This document shows positions 38,467 through 48,450 of a stretch of DNA of 64,000 bases, piece after piece. The notes below the pieces were generated by a model that was not told where the DNA came from, made no database searches, and saw only the letters and a program-made list of their open reading frames with translations. How positions within the stretch are numbered: the stretch's first letter is position 1; the number at the start of each line of letters is the position of its first letter. Origin of the DNA: a virus (Duplodnaviria > Caudoviricetes); IMG/VR virus record IMGVR_UViG_3300002220_003476, positions 15,495-79,494 of that record. One strand, written 5' to 3'. The position numbers were made by a program, and so were the translations under genes.

Positions 38467-41239
38467 TTGCGGTTGTGAATTTCCTATATTAGATGAAGAA
38501 ATTAAAGGTGATAATCTTCCGTCAATAGAAATACCATATCAAGAATTGTGTTTAGATATGAATTATGGTAAAGTATGCCAAAAATCTTTCGATATGATTT
38601 CTGATGGAAAAAGTAAAGGAGTTTTTCAATTAGAAAGTTATCTTGGTAATAAATGGGGATCAGAATTAAAGCCGGATAACATTGAAGAATTAGCTGCCCT
38701 AATAAGCATAATTAGGCCTGGGTGTCTGTCCAAAACTACTCAGATATTAATTTCTGCCAATTATAGATTAGATAAAAACAATACTCGACAATATAAATAT
38801 GTATCAATTGAACAAATGTTCAAAAATAAAAAAAGATTTAAGAAAATTATATCAGTAAAAGAAAACACTGGTGAATTATTTTCTAATAAAATAACAGATA
38901 TTATTTATAGCGGTAAGAAGGAAGTGTTCAAATTAAATTTAACAACATATCTGAAAGAAAAAAATAAGGATAATTCATTTTGTTTTGCATTAAAATGTAC
39001 ATCTGATCATCCAATATTAACATCAAAAGGTTATGTAGAATTAAAAGAATTAAAACCTGGAGATAAAGTAGCCGTATTACAAAAGGGATTACACAAAAAA
39101 ACAAACCCAAAACATGTTCACGGAACAGATAATCATAGAAATATATGTAATAAACATTATGAATATCACTGTGTTTTATGTGATTGGAAAAAAGGATCTT
39201 TAGACGTAAACCACTTGAATGGAAATACTTATCAAGATAATAATCCAGAAAATTTATGTTTTTTATGTCCAAATGATCATAGATTATATACTGAAGGCAA
39301 GGTTTCTAACGAAGAACTTATTACTAAAAGAAAAATATATGAATTACCAAGAATGAAAGATGTTGTTTGGGCCACATATTTAGGTAAAGAAAGTTTAGGA
39401 ATTGAAGATACATATGATATATCTGTTGACGGTCCACATCATAATTTTATCGCCAATAATGTCGTGGTACACAATTGTTTAAATGCTATTTCTGAAGACA
39501 AATCACTAACTCAACACTATGTCGACAGAAAATGGAATATTGAACAAACGATACCTCTAAACAAAGAACTTGAAGATTTACTTGATACAACTCATCAAAT
39601 CATGATTTATCAAGAAGATTCAATTCGTATTGCTTCTAAGATTGCCGGATTTACAGAAGAACAAGGGGACGTACTTCGAAAAAGCGTGGGTACCAAAAAT
39701 ATAGAATTAATGAAGCAAGTAGAAAGCATGTTTACAGAGGGTTGTATTAAACGTGGACTTGTTATTGAAAGTGAAGCTAAAGAAATTTTTGACTGGATTA
39801 GAGAGAGTCAAAGATATTCATTTAACAAATGTTTATCTGGCATTACAATCTTGAAAGAAGAAAATAAAGGGTTTACATGCATACAAGACATACAAATTGG
39901 AGATAGAGTACTAGGACCGTCTGCTGAAAAAGGTGGCTCCTTTTATAAAGTTTTAGATGTTATTAATAATGGTAGAAAACTATGTTATACATACTGGCTA
40001 TCCAATAATTTATCTATTAAATGTACCGAGGATCACAAGGTAAAATCTAGAGGACAAATGATCCCAATTGGTCAAATTATTAAAAGAAAACAGCCGATAG
40101 ATACAATCTATGGTCCAGCTTTTATTTTATTGCAAAGTAAAGGATATTATACTGACACATATGATATTGAGATCGACTCAAAAAAACATGTATTTTATGC
40201 CAACGGAATAGCGGTATCAAATTCACACGCTGTATCCTATGGCTACATTAGTTATCTAACAGCTCTAGTTAAACATCATTTTCCTCTTCATTTTTTCTGT
40301 TCTTGGTTGCAACTTGCAAGAGAAAAACAAAAACCTCATGAAGAAATCAGAGAACTTTTTGAAGAGAGTAAAAAGATGAACATTAACATTATTACACCAA
40401 ACTTAGAAACACTTAACTTAAATGATAATGATGTGTGTATCTATAATAATAATATACATTTCGGACTGAAGTGTATGAAAAAAATAGGTGATTCAAGTAT
40501 TAAGGCTATTCATAGTCTATTAACAGAAAAACAAAGTAAGTTTGGACATATCAACACTTGGTCTTGGAACAAAATTTTATATGAACTATTAATCAATATA
40601 AAATCAGACTGTGCTTATGCTTTAATTACTGGAGGCGTATTAGATAGGCTTCGAATTTCTAGAAATAGAATGTTAAATGAATATGAAAAATTGAGAGCTT
40701 TAACAAAAAAACAGTTAGAATTTTTACAATCTACAGTTGAAGACGAGGAACCTTTTACAGATTCATTAAGAAGGCTATATGAAAAAGTAAATAAAACACA
40801 AAAAGATAAAATTAATAGTATAATAACACTACAAGAAAATACTGTTATATCTGAACAAGATAGAATCCCTTGGATAATATCACAAGAAAAAACTATTTAT
40901 GGTGTACCAGTAACATATTCATCAATAGATGCGTTAAAAAAGGGTTCTCCTGGACAAGATAAATGTGAAGACTTTCTATCTGAACAAACAAATTTTATAA
41001 TTGCTGGAGAGATTCAAAACTTAAGAGTGTTCAAAATTAAAAAAGATGGACCAAATAAAGGTAAAACAATGTCTAGTTTTGAACTTGTTGATGATACAGG
41101 ATCTGTTAATTGTGTATTATTTGATAATATCTATGAAATAGAAAAGGATAAGCTATATGATGGAAATTTAATTGTGGTACAAGGATATAAATCAAAAACA
41201 AAATCATTATCAGTTAAATCTATGAAGGAAATTTATTAA
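38435..41239 (+). CDS. dnaE: DNA polymerase III alpha, C-terminal part with two cis-inteins
   Basis: GVFQLES, IRPG, IYQE, FNK|SH..Y, YP-like HFPLHFF, HFGL..KKIG, OB-fold ELVDDTG. Confidence 0.92.
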   Translation: MPKYENYYKFNCGCEFPILDEEIKGDNLPSIEIPYQELCLDMNYGKVCQKSFDMISDGKSKGVFQLESYLGNKWGSELKPDNIEELAALISIIRPGCLSKTTQILISANYRLDKNNTRQYKYVSIEQMFKNKKRFKKIISVKENTGELFSNKITDIIYSGKKEVFKLNLTTYLKEKNKDNSFCFALKCTSDHPILTSKGYVELKELKPGDKVAVLQKGLHKKTNPKHVHGTDNHRNICNKHYEYHCVLCDWKKGSLDVNHLNGNTYQDNNPENLCFLCPNDHRLYTEGKVSNEELITKRKIYELPRMKDVVWATYLGKESLGIEDTYDISVDGPHHNFIANNVVVHNCLNAISEDKSLTQHYVDRKWNIEQTIPLNKELEDLLDTTHQIMIYQEDSIRIASKIAGFTEEQGDVLRKSVGTKNIELMKQVESMFTEGCIKRGLVIESEAKEIFDWIRESQRYSFNKCLSGITILKEENKGFTCIQDIQIGDRVLGPSAEKGGSFYKVLDVINNGRKLCYTYWLSNNLSIKCTEDHKVKSRGQMIPIGQIIKRKQPIDTIYGPAFILLQSKGYYTDTYDIEIDSKKHVFYANGIAVSNSHAVSYGYISYLTALVKHHFPLHFFCSWLQLAREKQKPHEEIRELFEESKKMNINIITPNLETLNLNDNDVCIYNNNIHFGLKCMKKIGDSSIKAIHSLLTEKQSKFGHINTWSWNKILYELLINIKSDCAYALITGGVLDRLRISRNRMLNEYEKLRALTKKQLEFLQSTVEDEEPFTDSLRRLYEKVNKTQKDKINSIITLQENTVISEQDRIPWIISQEKTIYGVPVTYSSIDALKKGSPGQDKCEDFLSEQTNFIIAGEIQNLRVFKIKKDGPNKGKTMSSFELVDDTGSVNCVLFDNIYEIEKDKLYDGNLIVVQGYKSKTKSLSVKSMKEIY
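38723..39475 (+). mobile_element. HNH-containing intein in DnaE (251 aa)
   Basis: RPG|CLSKTTQI, CTSDHP, CVLC...HLNGN...NNPENLCFLCPNDH, YDISV...HNFIANNVVVHN|C. Confidence 0.9.
39830..40222 (+). mobile_element. mini-intein in DnaE (131 aa)
   Basis: FNK|CLSGIT, CTEDHK, YDIEI...FYANGIAVSN|SH. Confidence 0.9.
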
Positions 41240-41700
41240 TGTGTGATATACACAAAAAACATAATTATTTTGCAAAAGTGGTATTAATAGATGATACATC
41301 ATTATCTGTATGGTTTCCAAGAAACGTTTTTCTTAACTACGTAGAAAAAGGTGTAATATTAATACATGATAAAAACACTGGTCTAGTTATTATAGATGAT
41401 AAAAAAGAAATAGAAATACAATGCCCAGAATATATGATTCGACCTCTTATACATAAAAGTATTGTAGGTTCTGCTGCTATTAGAGGCATGTCTATAGAAC
41501 TAATAGATGATTTAGAAGCAATTATGTCTATAATAGAACCAGAAGAAAAAGAAAAAGAGCAAGAGTTGTTAAATCATTATGTTGCATATATAGATAATTT
41601 GCAAGAAGAAGATTTAAATGATAATATGATCACAAATATTGGCTTATCTGACTTATCAGACGATCTAAAACAGTTACTATTAGAGGATGTATTTGTATGA
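41239..41700 (+). CDS. hypothetical protein
   Basis: ORF with TAATG overlap. Confidence 0.6.
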   Translation: MCDIHKKHNYFAKVVLIDDTSLSVWFPRNVFLNYVEKGVILIHDKNTGLVIIDDKKEIEIQCPEYMIRPLIHKSIVGSAAIRGMSIELIDDLEAIMSIIEPEEKEKEQELLNHYVAYIDNLQEEDLNDNMITNIGLSDLSDDLKQLLLEDVFV

Positions 41701-43238
41701 AAATATTACTAGTCAATCAAAGTAGTTTTATTTCTACTGGTTATGGTATTATGGGTAAAGAATTTTTAACAAGAGCTTCAAAAGAATATGAAGTAGCTGA
41801 ATTAGCTTGCGATACACACCATAATCATCCAATGATATCACAAGTACCTTGGAAAGTTTACCCAAATTTACCACTAGACAATGAAAAACAAGAATATGAA
41901 TCTAATAGAGTTAATACATATGGTAGATGGAAATTTGAAAAAATATGTCTAGAATTTAAGCCTACTCATGTCATTAGCTGGCGTGACAATTGGATGGATT
42001 CTTTTATTGGTAGATCTCCACTTAAAAAATGCTACAATTGGATTTATATGCCAACTATTGATGCTCCGGGGCAAGATAAAGAGTGGTTACATGATTATAC
42101 GTTAGCGGATTCATTAATAACTTACCAAAACTGGAGTAAAAATCAGCTTGACTTAGAATCTGGTGGTAGAATTAATACTAAAGTAGGTTCTATAGGCTCT
42201 TATATGCATCCGTTGTCAAACAGGTTAGAATTAAAAGAAAAACTTGGACTGGGTGGAGTTGTTATTGGTACTGTTATGCGTAATCAAGGACGAAAACGTT
42301 TTCCAGAACTATTTAGAGCATTCAAGAGAATTTTAGAAAAACACCCTAATACTATTTTATATTGCCATACTTCACATCCAGATATGGATGGCTGGAATAT
42401 ACCTAGATATTTATTAGAATATAATATACAAAATAATGTAGTATTTACTATGTATTGTCAAAATTGTCAAGACACTTGGCCATCAAGATATAAAGGTAAG
42501 TTATCACATTGTCCAAATTGTAAACAAAAATCTGCCGTAATGTCAACCGCCGCAAAAAGTCTGACAAACGAACAAATGAATATAATGTATAACTTGTTTG
42601 ATATTTATGTTCAATTCTCAAATTGCGAAGGTTTTTCGATCCCTATATTAGAATCATCTATGGCCGGTACTCCAGTATTATACACAGATTATTCTGCAAT
42701 GGTTGACGTTGGTAAAAGATGTGGCGGTAAACCTTTAAATATTAATTGTGATTACAGAGAGCCTCATTCTGAAAGATGGTTTGCCGCCCCTTCTGAAGAT
42801 AATTTAGTTAGTGAAATAAATAGATTCATTAATATGAATGAAGAAGAAAAACAGCAATGGAGAAAATCAAGTCACGAAAAAGCAAGTGCAGAATTTTCAT
42901 GGGATAAGTTTTACCAAACAATAAAGGGCGAGATTACTGGACTTAAACCTAGAAGTTATGATTGTCCTCCAGATATCAAAAATCCACAACCTTTTCCTTC
43001 TTTCAAGATGACGAACTCACAGTTTGTTAGATGGTGTATTGAAAATGTTCTTTATGAACCAGAAAAAATTAACACTTATTTTGAGGCGAGAATTCTAGAG
43101 GAATTAGAATCTACAGTTAGACACACTGGAACTTCATTTATAAATATTAATCCTAAATTAATTTATGATGAAATGTGCAAAATAAGAAATTACACTAATA
43201 TGTTGGAAAGTTATAGATGTCAAAAGTCCTCTACTTAA
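41697..43238 (+). CDS. glycosyltransferase family 4 with internal zinc ribbon
   Basis: STGYG, GTVMRNQGRKR, CQNC...CPNC, YNLFDIYVQFSNCEGFSIPILESSMAGTPV. Confidence 0.88.
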   Translation: MKILLVNQSSFISTGYGIMGKEFLTRASKEYEVAELACDTHHNHPMISQVPWKVYPNLPLDNEKQEYESNRVNTYGRWKFEKICLEFKPTHVISWRDNWMDSFIGRSPLKKCYNWIYMPTIDAPGQDKEWLHDYTLADSLITYQNWSKNQLDLESGGRINTKVGSIGSYMHPLSNRLELKEKLGLGGVVIGTVMRNQGRKRFPELFRAFKRILEKHPNTILYCHTSHPDMDGWNIPRYLLEYNIQNNVVFTMYCQNCQDTWPSRYKGKLSHCPNCKQKSAVMSTAAKSLTNEQMNIMYNLFDIYVQFSNCEGFSIPILESSMAGTPVLYTDYSAMVDVGKRCGGKPLNINCDYREPHSERWFAAPSEDNLVSEINRFINMNEEEKQQWRKSSHEKASAEFSWDKFYQTIKGEITGLKPRSYDCPPDIKNPQPFPSFKMTNSQFVRWCIENVLYEPEKINTYFEARILEELESTVRHTGTSFININPKLIYDEMCKIRNYTNMLESYRCQKSST

Positions 43239-44287
43239 GTCACTTTTATGATCATTCGTCTTGGGCAACAGCAGCAGAAGATTACATAAAAGCTATAGAA
43301 AAACATGGCGAGGTTGTTTGTAGACCCGTCATAATTCACGGAAATAAACAGCCAACAGATTATATAAAATCAAAAGAGGGCAGTTTAGATGGTGTAACTC
43401 ACGTTATACAACATGTAATACCAGAACATATCGAATACAATGGGGACTTTCATTGCGTTGGAATAGGTATTTTAGAAACTGATTCTTGTCATATTACGGG
43501 GTGGGATCAGAAATTTGATATGCTAGATATGTGGACCCCAACAAAATATCATGCTAATAAATTTAATTGGAAATATGTTCCACACACAACAGATGTTTCT
43601 AAATATGAAAAAGATTATGGTAATGTATTAAAATATCTTAACGATCAATATGTATTCTATACTATAGCAGAATTCAATACTAGAAAAAGATTAACTGCTA
43701 CTATTCGTGCCTATCATCTAGCTTTTAATAATGATGATCAAGCAACTTTAATAGTAAAAACCAACAAACTTGGACAGTCTGCACAACAAACACTAAATCT
43801 GTGTCAAAAAGTAAATGAACAAATTAAAGCAGAGCTTCATGCGTATGGAAAATATAATAGATTTAAAGATCCAATTTTTATTACAGAGCGAGTTGATGAA
43901 AACACAATAATGTCCCTACATCAAAATGCCGATTGTTTTCTTCTTTCATCTTATGGAGAAGCTTTTTGTATGCCTTGTTTTGACGCATTAGGATTTGGTA
44001 ATTATGTTATTGCTAATAAAGTGCCTGGAGTTGAAGATTATTTAAGTACGGCTAATGCATCATTAATAAATAATACACTTAGCCCGTGTTTTGGAGCAGA
44101 ACAATATATTCAAGATATTCACTCAAGTAGGGAAAACTGGTGGGATATGGATGTATTAGAAATGTCTGAACAAATGAGATTTGTTTATGAGTCCAAGCTT
44201 CAAAAAACAGACCTTAATAAAAACATAGTTAAACAATATGACTACGATAATATAGGCAAATTAATATGGAATTATTTGGATTCTTAA
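43217..44287 (+). CDS. glycosyltransferase family 4
   Basis: FNTRKRL, HQNADCFLLSSYGEAFCMPCFDALGFG. Confidence 0.85.
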   Translation: MSKVLYLSHFYDHSSWATAAEDYIKAIEKHGEVVCRPVIIHGNKQPTDYIKSKEGSLDGVTHVIQHVIPEHIEYNGDFHCVGIGILETDSCHITGWDQKFDMLDMWTPTKYHANKFNWKYVPHTTDVSKYEKDYGNVLKYLNDQYVFYTIAEFNTRKRLTATIRAYHLAFNNDDQATLIVKTNKLGQSAQQTLNLCQKVNEQIKAELHAYGKYNRFKDPIFITERVDENTIMSLHQNADCFLLSSYGEAFCMPCFDALGFGNYVIANKVPGVEDYLSTANASLINNTLSPCFGAEQYIQDIHSSRENWWDMDVLEMSEQMRFVYESKLQKTDLNKNIVKQYDYDNIGKLIWNYLDS

Positions 44288-44448
44288 ATAAATATGATAT
44301 AAAGTATACATTTTCCGGTAGTGGTAATTATTCTACATTACCTCTTAATAAAGCTCCATGACACCTGAAGAAATAATAGATAACTACTATTTAGTAGAAC
44401 TTATAAGATTCATAAAAATTCTTAGACAAAAAATTAGAATGAAATAAC

Positions 44449-45153
44449 ATGTGGAACATACCTCAAAATAATTATACAAAATATTTACAAGCATGTGAAG
44501 AAGCCTGTTCTTTTGGTTTTGATACATTTAAACAAGATCCAAATTATACTAACATACTTGAACACGTAAACCCAGTCCAAGGTATGGAATATTATTCATA
44601 CATACCTGATGGTAGATTTTTAGAACAATTTAAAGAAAATGATATTTATGGATCTCCAACATTAATTGATACACCATTAGGAAAAATATCTCCAACAACA
44701 TTGAGATATACCAAACAAGCTTTAGAAATTAAAGATTTATTTAATTATAGGTCTATAGTTGAAGTTGGTGGTGGATATGGAGGCCTATGTAAAACTCTAC
44801 ATGTTCTCGGTTGGAAAACTTATTCGATTGTAGATTTAGAACAACCTATTAAGTTAACTGAAAAATACTTAGATAAATTTAAAATTAAAACAGATCTATA
44901 TACTCCTGTACCAGTTTTAAAAGCAGATTTATTTATAAGTAACTACGCATTTTCAGAATGTAATGGAGATCTTCAAGAAGAATATTTTGATAAAATAATT
45001 AAAAATTGCAACCAAGTATATATTACTCATAATACAACTTATTCACAAGATTATCCAGTATTTATGGATAGATGTAAAAAGATTTTTAAAATACAAGAAC
45101 AAATGGAGCCTATTTCTAATACAAATAGTATGATTTTATGCATGTACAAATAA
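44449..45153 (+). CDS. putative sugar O-methyltransferase
   Basis: SPTTLRY, IVEVGGGYGGL, YSIVDL, DLFISNYAFSEC. Confidence 0.8.
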   Translation: MWNIPQNNYTKYLQACEEACSFGFDTFKQDPNYTNILEHVNPVQGMEYYSYIPDGRFLEQFKENDIYGSPTLIDTPLGKISPTTLRYTKQALEIKDLFNYRSIVEVGGGYGGLCKTLHVLGWKTYSIVDLEQPIKLTEKYLDKFKIKTDLYTPVPVLKADLFISNYAFSECNGDLQEEYFDKIIKNCNQVYITHNTTYSQDYPVFMDRCKKIFKIQEQMEPISNTNSMILCMYK

Positions 45154-45476
45154 ATAAAGAATGGGGACACTATAAGGATATTTTTAGAGACAGTAAAGTA
45201 GTTTTTAAAGAACTAGTAGTTCACCCAAATGAAGAAATGTCATATCAATACCACAATAAAAGAACAGAATTTTGGTTCGTTTATATTGGAACAGCAACTA
45301 TAACTATTGATGGTAGAGAGTTTAATTTGAATGAAGGAAAAAGTATAACAATACTTCCTTATACAAGACATCGTATAGCTAATAGAACGAGTTTACCGCT
45401 GATTGTGTTTGAAATGCAATGCGGTGAATGTTCAGAAGAAGATATTGTTAGACTAGAGGACAAATACGGAAGATGA
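45138..45476 (+). CDS. cupin, mannose-6-phosphate isomerase type II C-terminal-like
   Basis: WGHY, SYQYHNKRTEFW, HRIAN, EDIVRLEDKYGR. Confidence 0.88.
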   Translation: MHVQINKEWGHYKDIFRDSKVVFKELVVHPNEEMSYQYHNKRTEFWFVYIGTATITIDGREFNLNEGKSITILPYTRHRIANRTSLPLIVFEMQCGECSEEDIVRLEDKYGR

Positions 45477-45916
45477 ATTATTATTTAGAATATGAAGCTA
45501 TATCTTTAGTTGAAGACGCTGTAGAGTTATCTCTGATAAAAACATTAAAAGATTGTGACTTCTGTCCTATGGCTCCATTATATGATTTTTTAGACGGTGC
45601 CGAAGACTGTAAGTGGGAAGATCACGAATTAGATTTAACATTATTATCAAAAACTTTTCCTGAGTATGAGTTTATTCTTACTATAGTAGGAGAGCATGTT
45701 GTTACTAAGTCTTTCATAGACGGTAGAAAAATAGGTGAATTTAATGGAGGGCTTCTAAAACAATATGGCAAATTAAGATTTGTTGACGATGTAGCATATG
45801 CTATTCCTGATTATTTAATTGAACGTTTTGATCTATTACGTAAAAAGGGTGAATTAGAACAGTTCGAGGAATATATCGTTGATCCCCAAGAAATTAGAGT
45901 TGTGTGTCCAATATGA
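45473..45916 (+). CDS. hypothetical protein
   Basis: ORF. Confidence 0.55.
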   Translation: MNYYLEYEAISLVEDAVELSLIKTLKDCDFCPMAPLYDFLDGAEDCKWEDHELDLTLLSKTFPEYEFILTIVGEHVVTKSFIDGRKIGEFNGGLLKQYGKLRFVDDVAYAIPDYLIERFDLLRKKGELEQFEEYIVDPQEIRVVCPI

Positions 45917-46101
45917 TACGATTAAAGAACAAAGATAGCGAATTATTAAACCCAATACTACTTTGTAGTATAATTATACTTATACTTTTTGTTTTTTACG
46001 CATTATTGACAATAACAAATAAACAACGTGAAACAAATCAAATCCTACAAGAGATACATAAACAAATAAATCATGTATGTGATCATGAAGAAAAAGAGTG
46101 A
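45913..46101 (+). CDS. small single-TM protein
   Basis: one hydrophobic helix. Confidence 0.5.
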   Translation: MIRLKNKDSELLNPILLCSIIILILFVFYALLTITNKQRETNQILQEIHKQINHVCDHEEKE

Positions 46102-46117
46102 ATAAGGATAGATAAAG

Positions 46118-46627
46118 ATGAATCAAGACTGTATACCATATAAAGAATCATTTGGTTATTCAAAATATAAAATAGTAATTTGCAGTGGATTCCTAAACCC
46201 GGTCCATTCTGGCCATATTGATTATCTAGAATCAGCAAAAAAACTAGGAGATAGACTCATAGTAATAGTAAACTCTGACCATCAAGTAAAAATTAAAGGT
46301 TCTGTTCCATTTATGAATGAAAAAGAACGACTAAGAATAGTTCAAGCATTAAAGCCCGTAGATCAAGCTATTTTATCAATAGATAAAGATGGCACGGTAT
46401 GCGAAACACTATCATCTCTACATACACTCTTCCTTCAAGATATTATGCATAATGATTTTGAGTTAATATTTGCCAATGGCGGAGATAGAAAGTTAGGTAA
46501 TACTCCTGAAGAAGAATTTTGCAAAAAAGTTGGTATTAAAACTGTATATTCTATTGGAGGTGATAAAACTCAATCTTCTAGTGAGATATTAAAGAAAGTT
46601 AAAAATGAATTATATATACAAAGCTAA
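46118..46627 (+). CDS. cytidylyltransferase-family nucleotidyltransferase (RfaE/TagD-like)
   Basis: SGFLNPVHSGHIDYL (HxGH), IVNSD, FANGGDR, KTQSSS. Confidence 0.88.
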   Translation: MNQDCIPYKESFGYSKYKIVICSGFLNPVHSGHIDYLESAKKLGDRLIVIVNSDHQVKIKGSVPFMNEKERLRIVQALKPVDQAILSIDKDGTVCETLSSLHTLFLQDIMHNDFELIFANGGDRKLGNTPEEEFCKKVGIKTVYSIGGDKTQSSSEILKKVKNELYIQS

Positions 46628-46934
46628 TGTATTAAATGTAGTAGATGGAGATACAATTGATGTATCTATAGATTTAGGTTTTGGAACTTTTAGATCAGAA
46701 CGACTAAGACTCTTTGGGATTAACGCTTGGGAAACTAAAGGTTGTGAAAGAGAACAAGGATTGATAGCTAAGGATTATCTGACACAATTAATACTAGACA
46801 AAAATATCGTCATTCAAACATTTAAAGATAAGAAGGGTAAATACGGCAGATACCTAGCTCAAATTTATCTTGATGAACTAGATATAAATGCAGATCTAAT
46901 TATTAGAGGACATGCGACTACTTATGGTGGATAA
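46605..46934 (+). CDS. thermonuclease (SNase-like)
   Basis: VVDGDTID..IDLGF, RLFGINAWE, GKYGRYLA. Confidence 0.88.
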   Translation: MNYIYKANVLNVVDGDTIDVSIDLGFGTFRSERLRLFGINAWETKGCEREQGLIAKDYLTQLILDKNIVIQTFKDKKGKYGRYLAQIYLDELDINADLIIRGHATTYGG

Positions 46935-46935
46935 A

Positions 46936-47433
46936 ATGATTAAACTAATTGTTGCTTTAGATCAAAACTTAGGCTTAGCTAAGGGTGGTAAAATACCTTG
47001 GCACTGTAAAGAGGATTTACAATTCTTTAAAGATACGACTTATGATTCTGTTGTTATTATGGGTAATAATACTTGGAAAACTTTATCTCATCAATTAGTA
47101 GATAGAATAAATATTGTTATTAGAAATCAATATGAAGACAATTATCCAGTATTAGATGACAAGGGCTTAAGAATATATTCGCCTTCTATTGAATCAGCAA
47201 TTAGAATTGCAAAAAAAATATCAAAAAAAGATATATATATTATTGGTGGAAAATCTATTTATGAACAATGTCTTAAATTAAACATTATAGATGAGTGTAT
47301 TATATCATATTTAGACGCTGATTATAATTGTGATTTATTTTTAGAAGATGTTTCTAAATATGGATTTGAATTGTACAAAACAAAAGAGTTATCAACCTCA
47401 TTAGAGGTTGTAGTTGGGTATTATACAAAATGA
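46936..47433 (+). CDS. folA: dihydrofolate reductase
   Basis: IVA...GKIPWH..EDLQFFK..T...VIMG..TW, IIGGKSIY. Confidence 0.92.
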   Translation: MIKLIVALDQNLGLAKGGKIPWHCKEDLQFFKDTTYDSVVIMGNNTWKTLSHQLVDRINIVIRNQYEDNYPVLDDKGLRIYSPSIESAIRIAKKISKKDIYIIGGKSIYEQCLKLNIIDECIISYLDADYNCDLFLEDVSKYGFELYKTKELSTSLEVVVGYYTK

Positions 47434-48428
47434 CATCATATCAACAGATATTAAACAATATATTAAATAACGGAACATATAAACATCCAGTAAGATTTAA
47501 TTCTGATGGAAAGCCTGTTCCAGTTTCAAATGCAACTATTGGAACCTTTTGTGAAATTTTTAGACATGATATGTCTACAGGATTTTCTTTATTAACAACC
47601 AAAAAAATGCCAATTAAAACTATTTGCGTGGAACTAGAGGGTTTCATCAATGGTATTACTGATAAGGAATGGTATAAAGATAGAGGGTGTAATATTTGGA
47701 ACGAGTGGGCAAATCCTATTGAAGTAGACAAAGAATATATATATAGACTAAGATCATGTTTAGACTTAGGTGAGACACCAGAAACTAAAAACGAAGTAGC
47801 TGAATCAGAAACTGATCTGGGTCCAATTTATGGTTATCAATGGAGAAACTTTGCACAGCACTATGGAGAATGGGAGTTTGAAGATTATATAGATGGTGGA
47901 TGCTGTCCAGCCACTGGGGAGTATCAACAGATAGATAATAGGAACGGTGTAGATTCTGGATTTGATCAACTTAAATCAATAGTCGATAAATTAAAAGAAA
48001 ACCCCTATGATCGTCGAATGGTTTGTTCTGCTTGGAATCCTAATCAAACCCATTTAATGGCCTTGCCCCCTTGTCATTATGCATTCACTGTGGTAGTATA
48101 TGGTGACAAGCTAAACCTTTGCTGGAAACAACGTAGTGTAGATACATTTTTAGGTTTACCATTTAATATAGCTAGTTATGCTATTTTACTTAAATTGTTA
48201 GCTAAAGAGTCTAACTTAAAAGAAGGAGAATTAGTAGGAGTTTTAGAAGATTGTCATATTTATGAAAATCATATTGATCAAATTAAAGAACAATTAACTA
48301 GAGAACCTTATCAATTACCAACTTTAAATTTAACACATAATGGTAGTATTTTTGACTGGACCCACCAAGATATAGAATTAATCAATTATAATTATCATCC
48401 AGCAATTAAAGCTGAGGTAACAGTTTGA
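47430..48428 (+). CDS. thyA: thymidylate synthase
   Basis: LGPIYG.QWR, RRM...WNP, ALPPCH, QRSVD.FLGLPFN, D.HIYENH. Confidence 0.95.
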   Translation: MTSYQQILNNILNNGTYKHPVRFNSDGKPVPVSNATIGTFCEIFRHDMSTGFSLLTTKKMPIKTICVELEGFINGITDKEWYKDRGCNIWNEWANPIEVDKEYIYRLRSCLDLGETPETKNEVAESETDLGPIYGYQWRNFAQHYGEWEFEDYIDGGCCPATGEYQQIDNRNGVDSGFDQLKSIVDKLKENPYDRRMVCSAWNPNQTHLMALPPCHYAFTVVVYGDKLNLCWKQRSVDTFLGLPFNIASYAILLKLLAKESNLKEGELVGVLEDCHIYENHIDQIKEQLTREPYQLPTLNLTHNGSIFDWTHQDIELINYNYHPAIKAEVTV

Positions 48429-48450
48429 AAAAGTTAGAAGCATTCAGAAT

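Noticed and set aside
44288-44448. 160-bp gap as an ncRNA or small ORF
   Set aside because: I saw only a weak 29-codon ORF and no convincing structure or tRNA fold.
47430-48428. ThyA homolog acting as a dCMP hydroxymethylase that feeds DNA glycosylation
   Set aside because: It keeps the Asn of LGLPFN, which specifies dUMP, and lies next to DHFR. It looks like a canonical thymidylate synthase, and no TET/JBP gene was seen.
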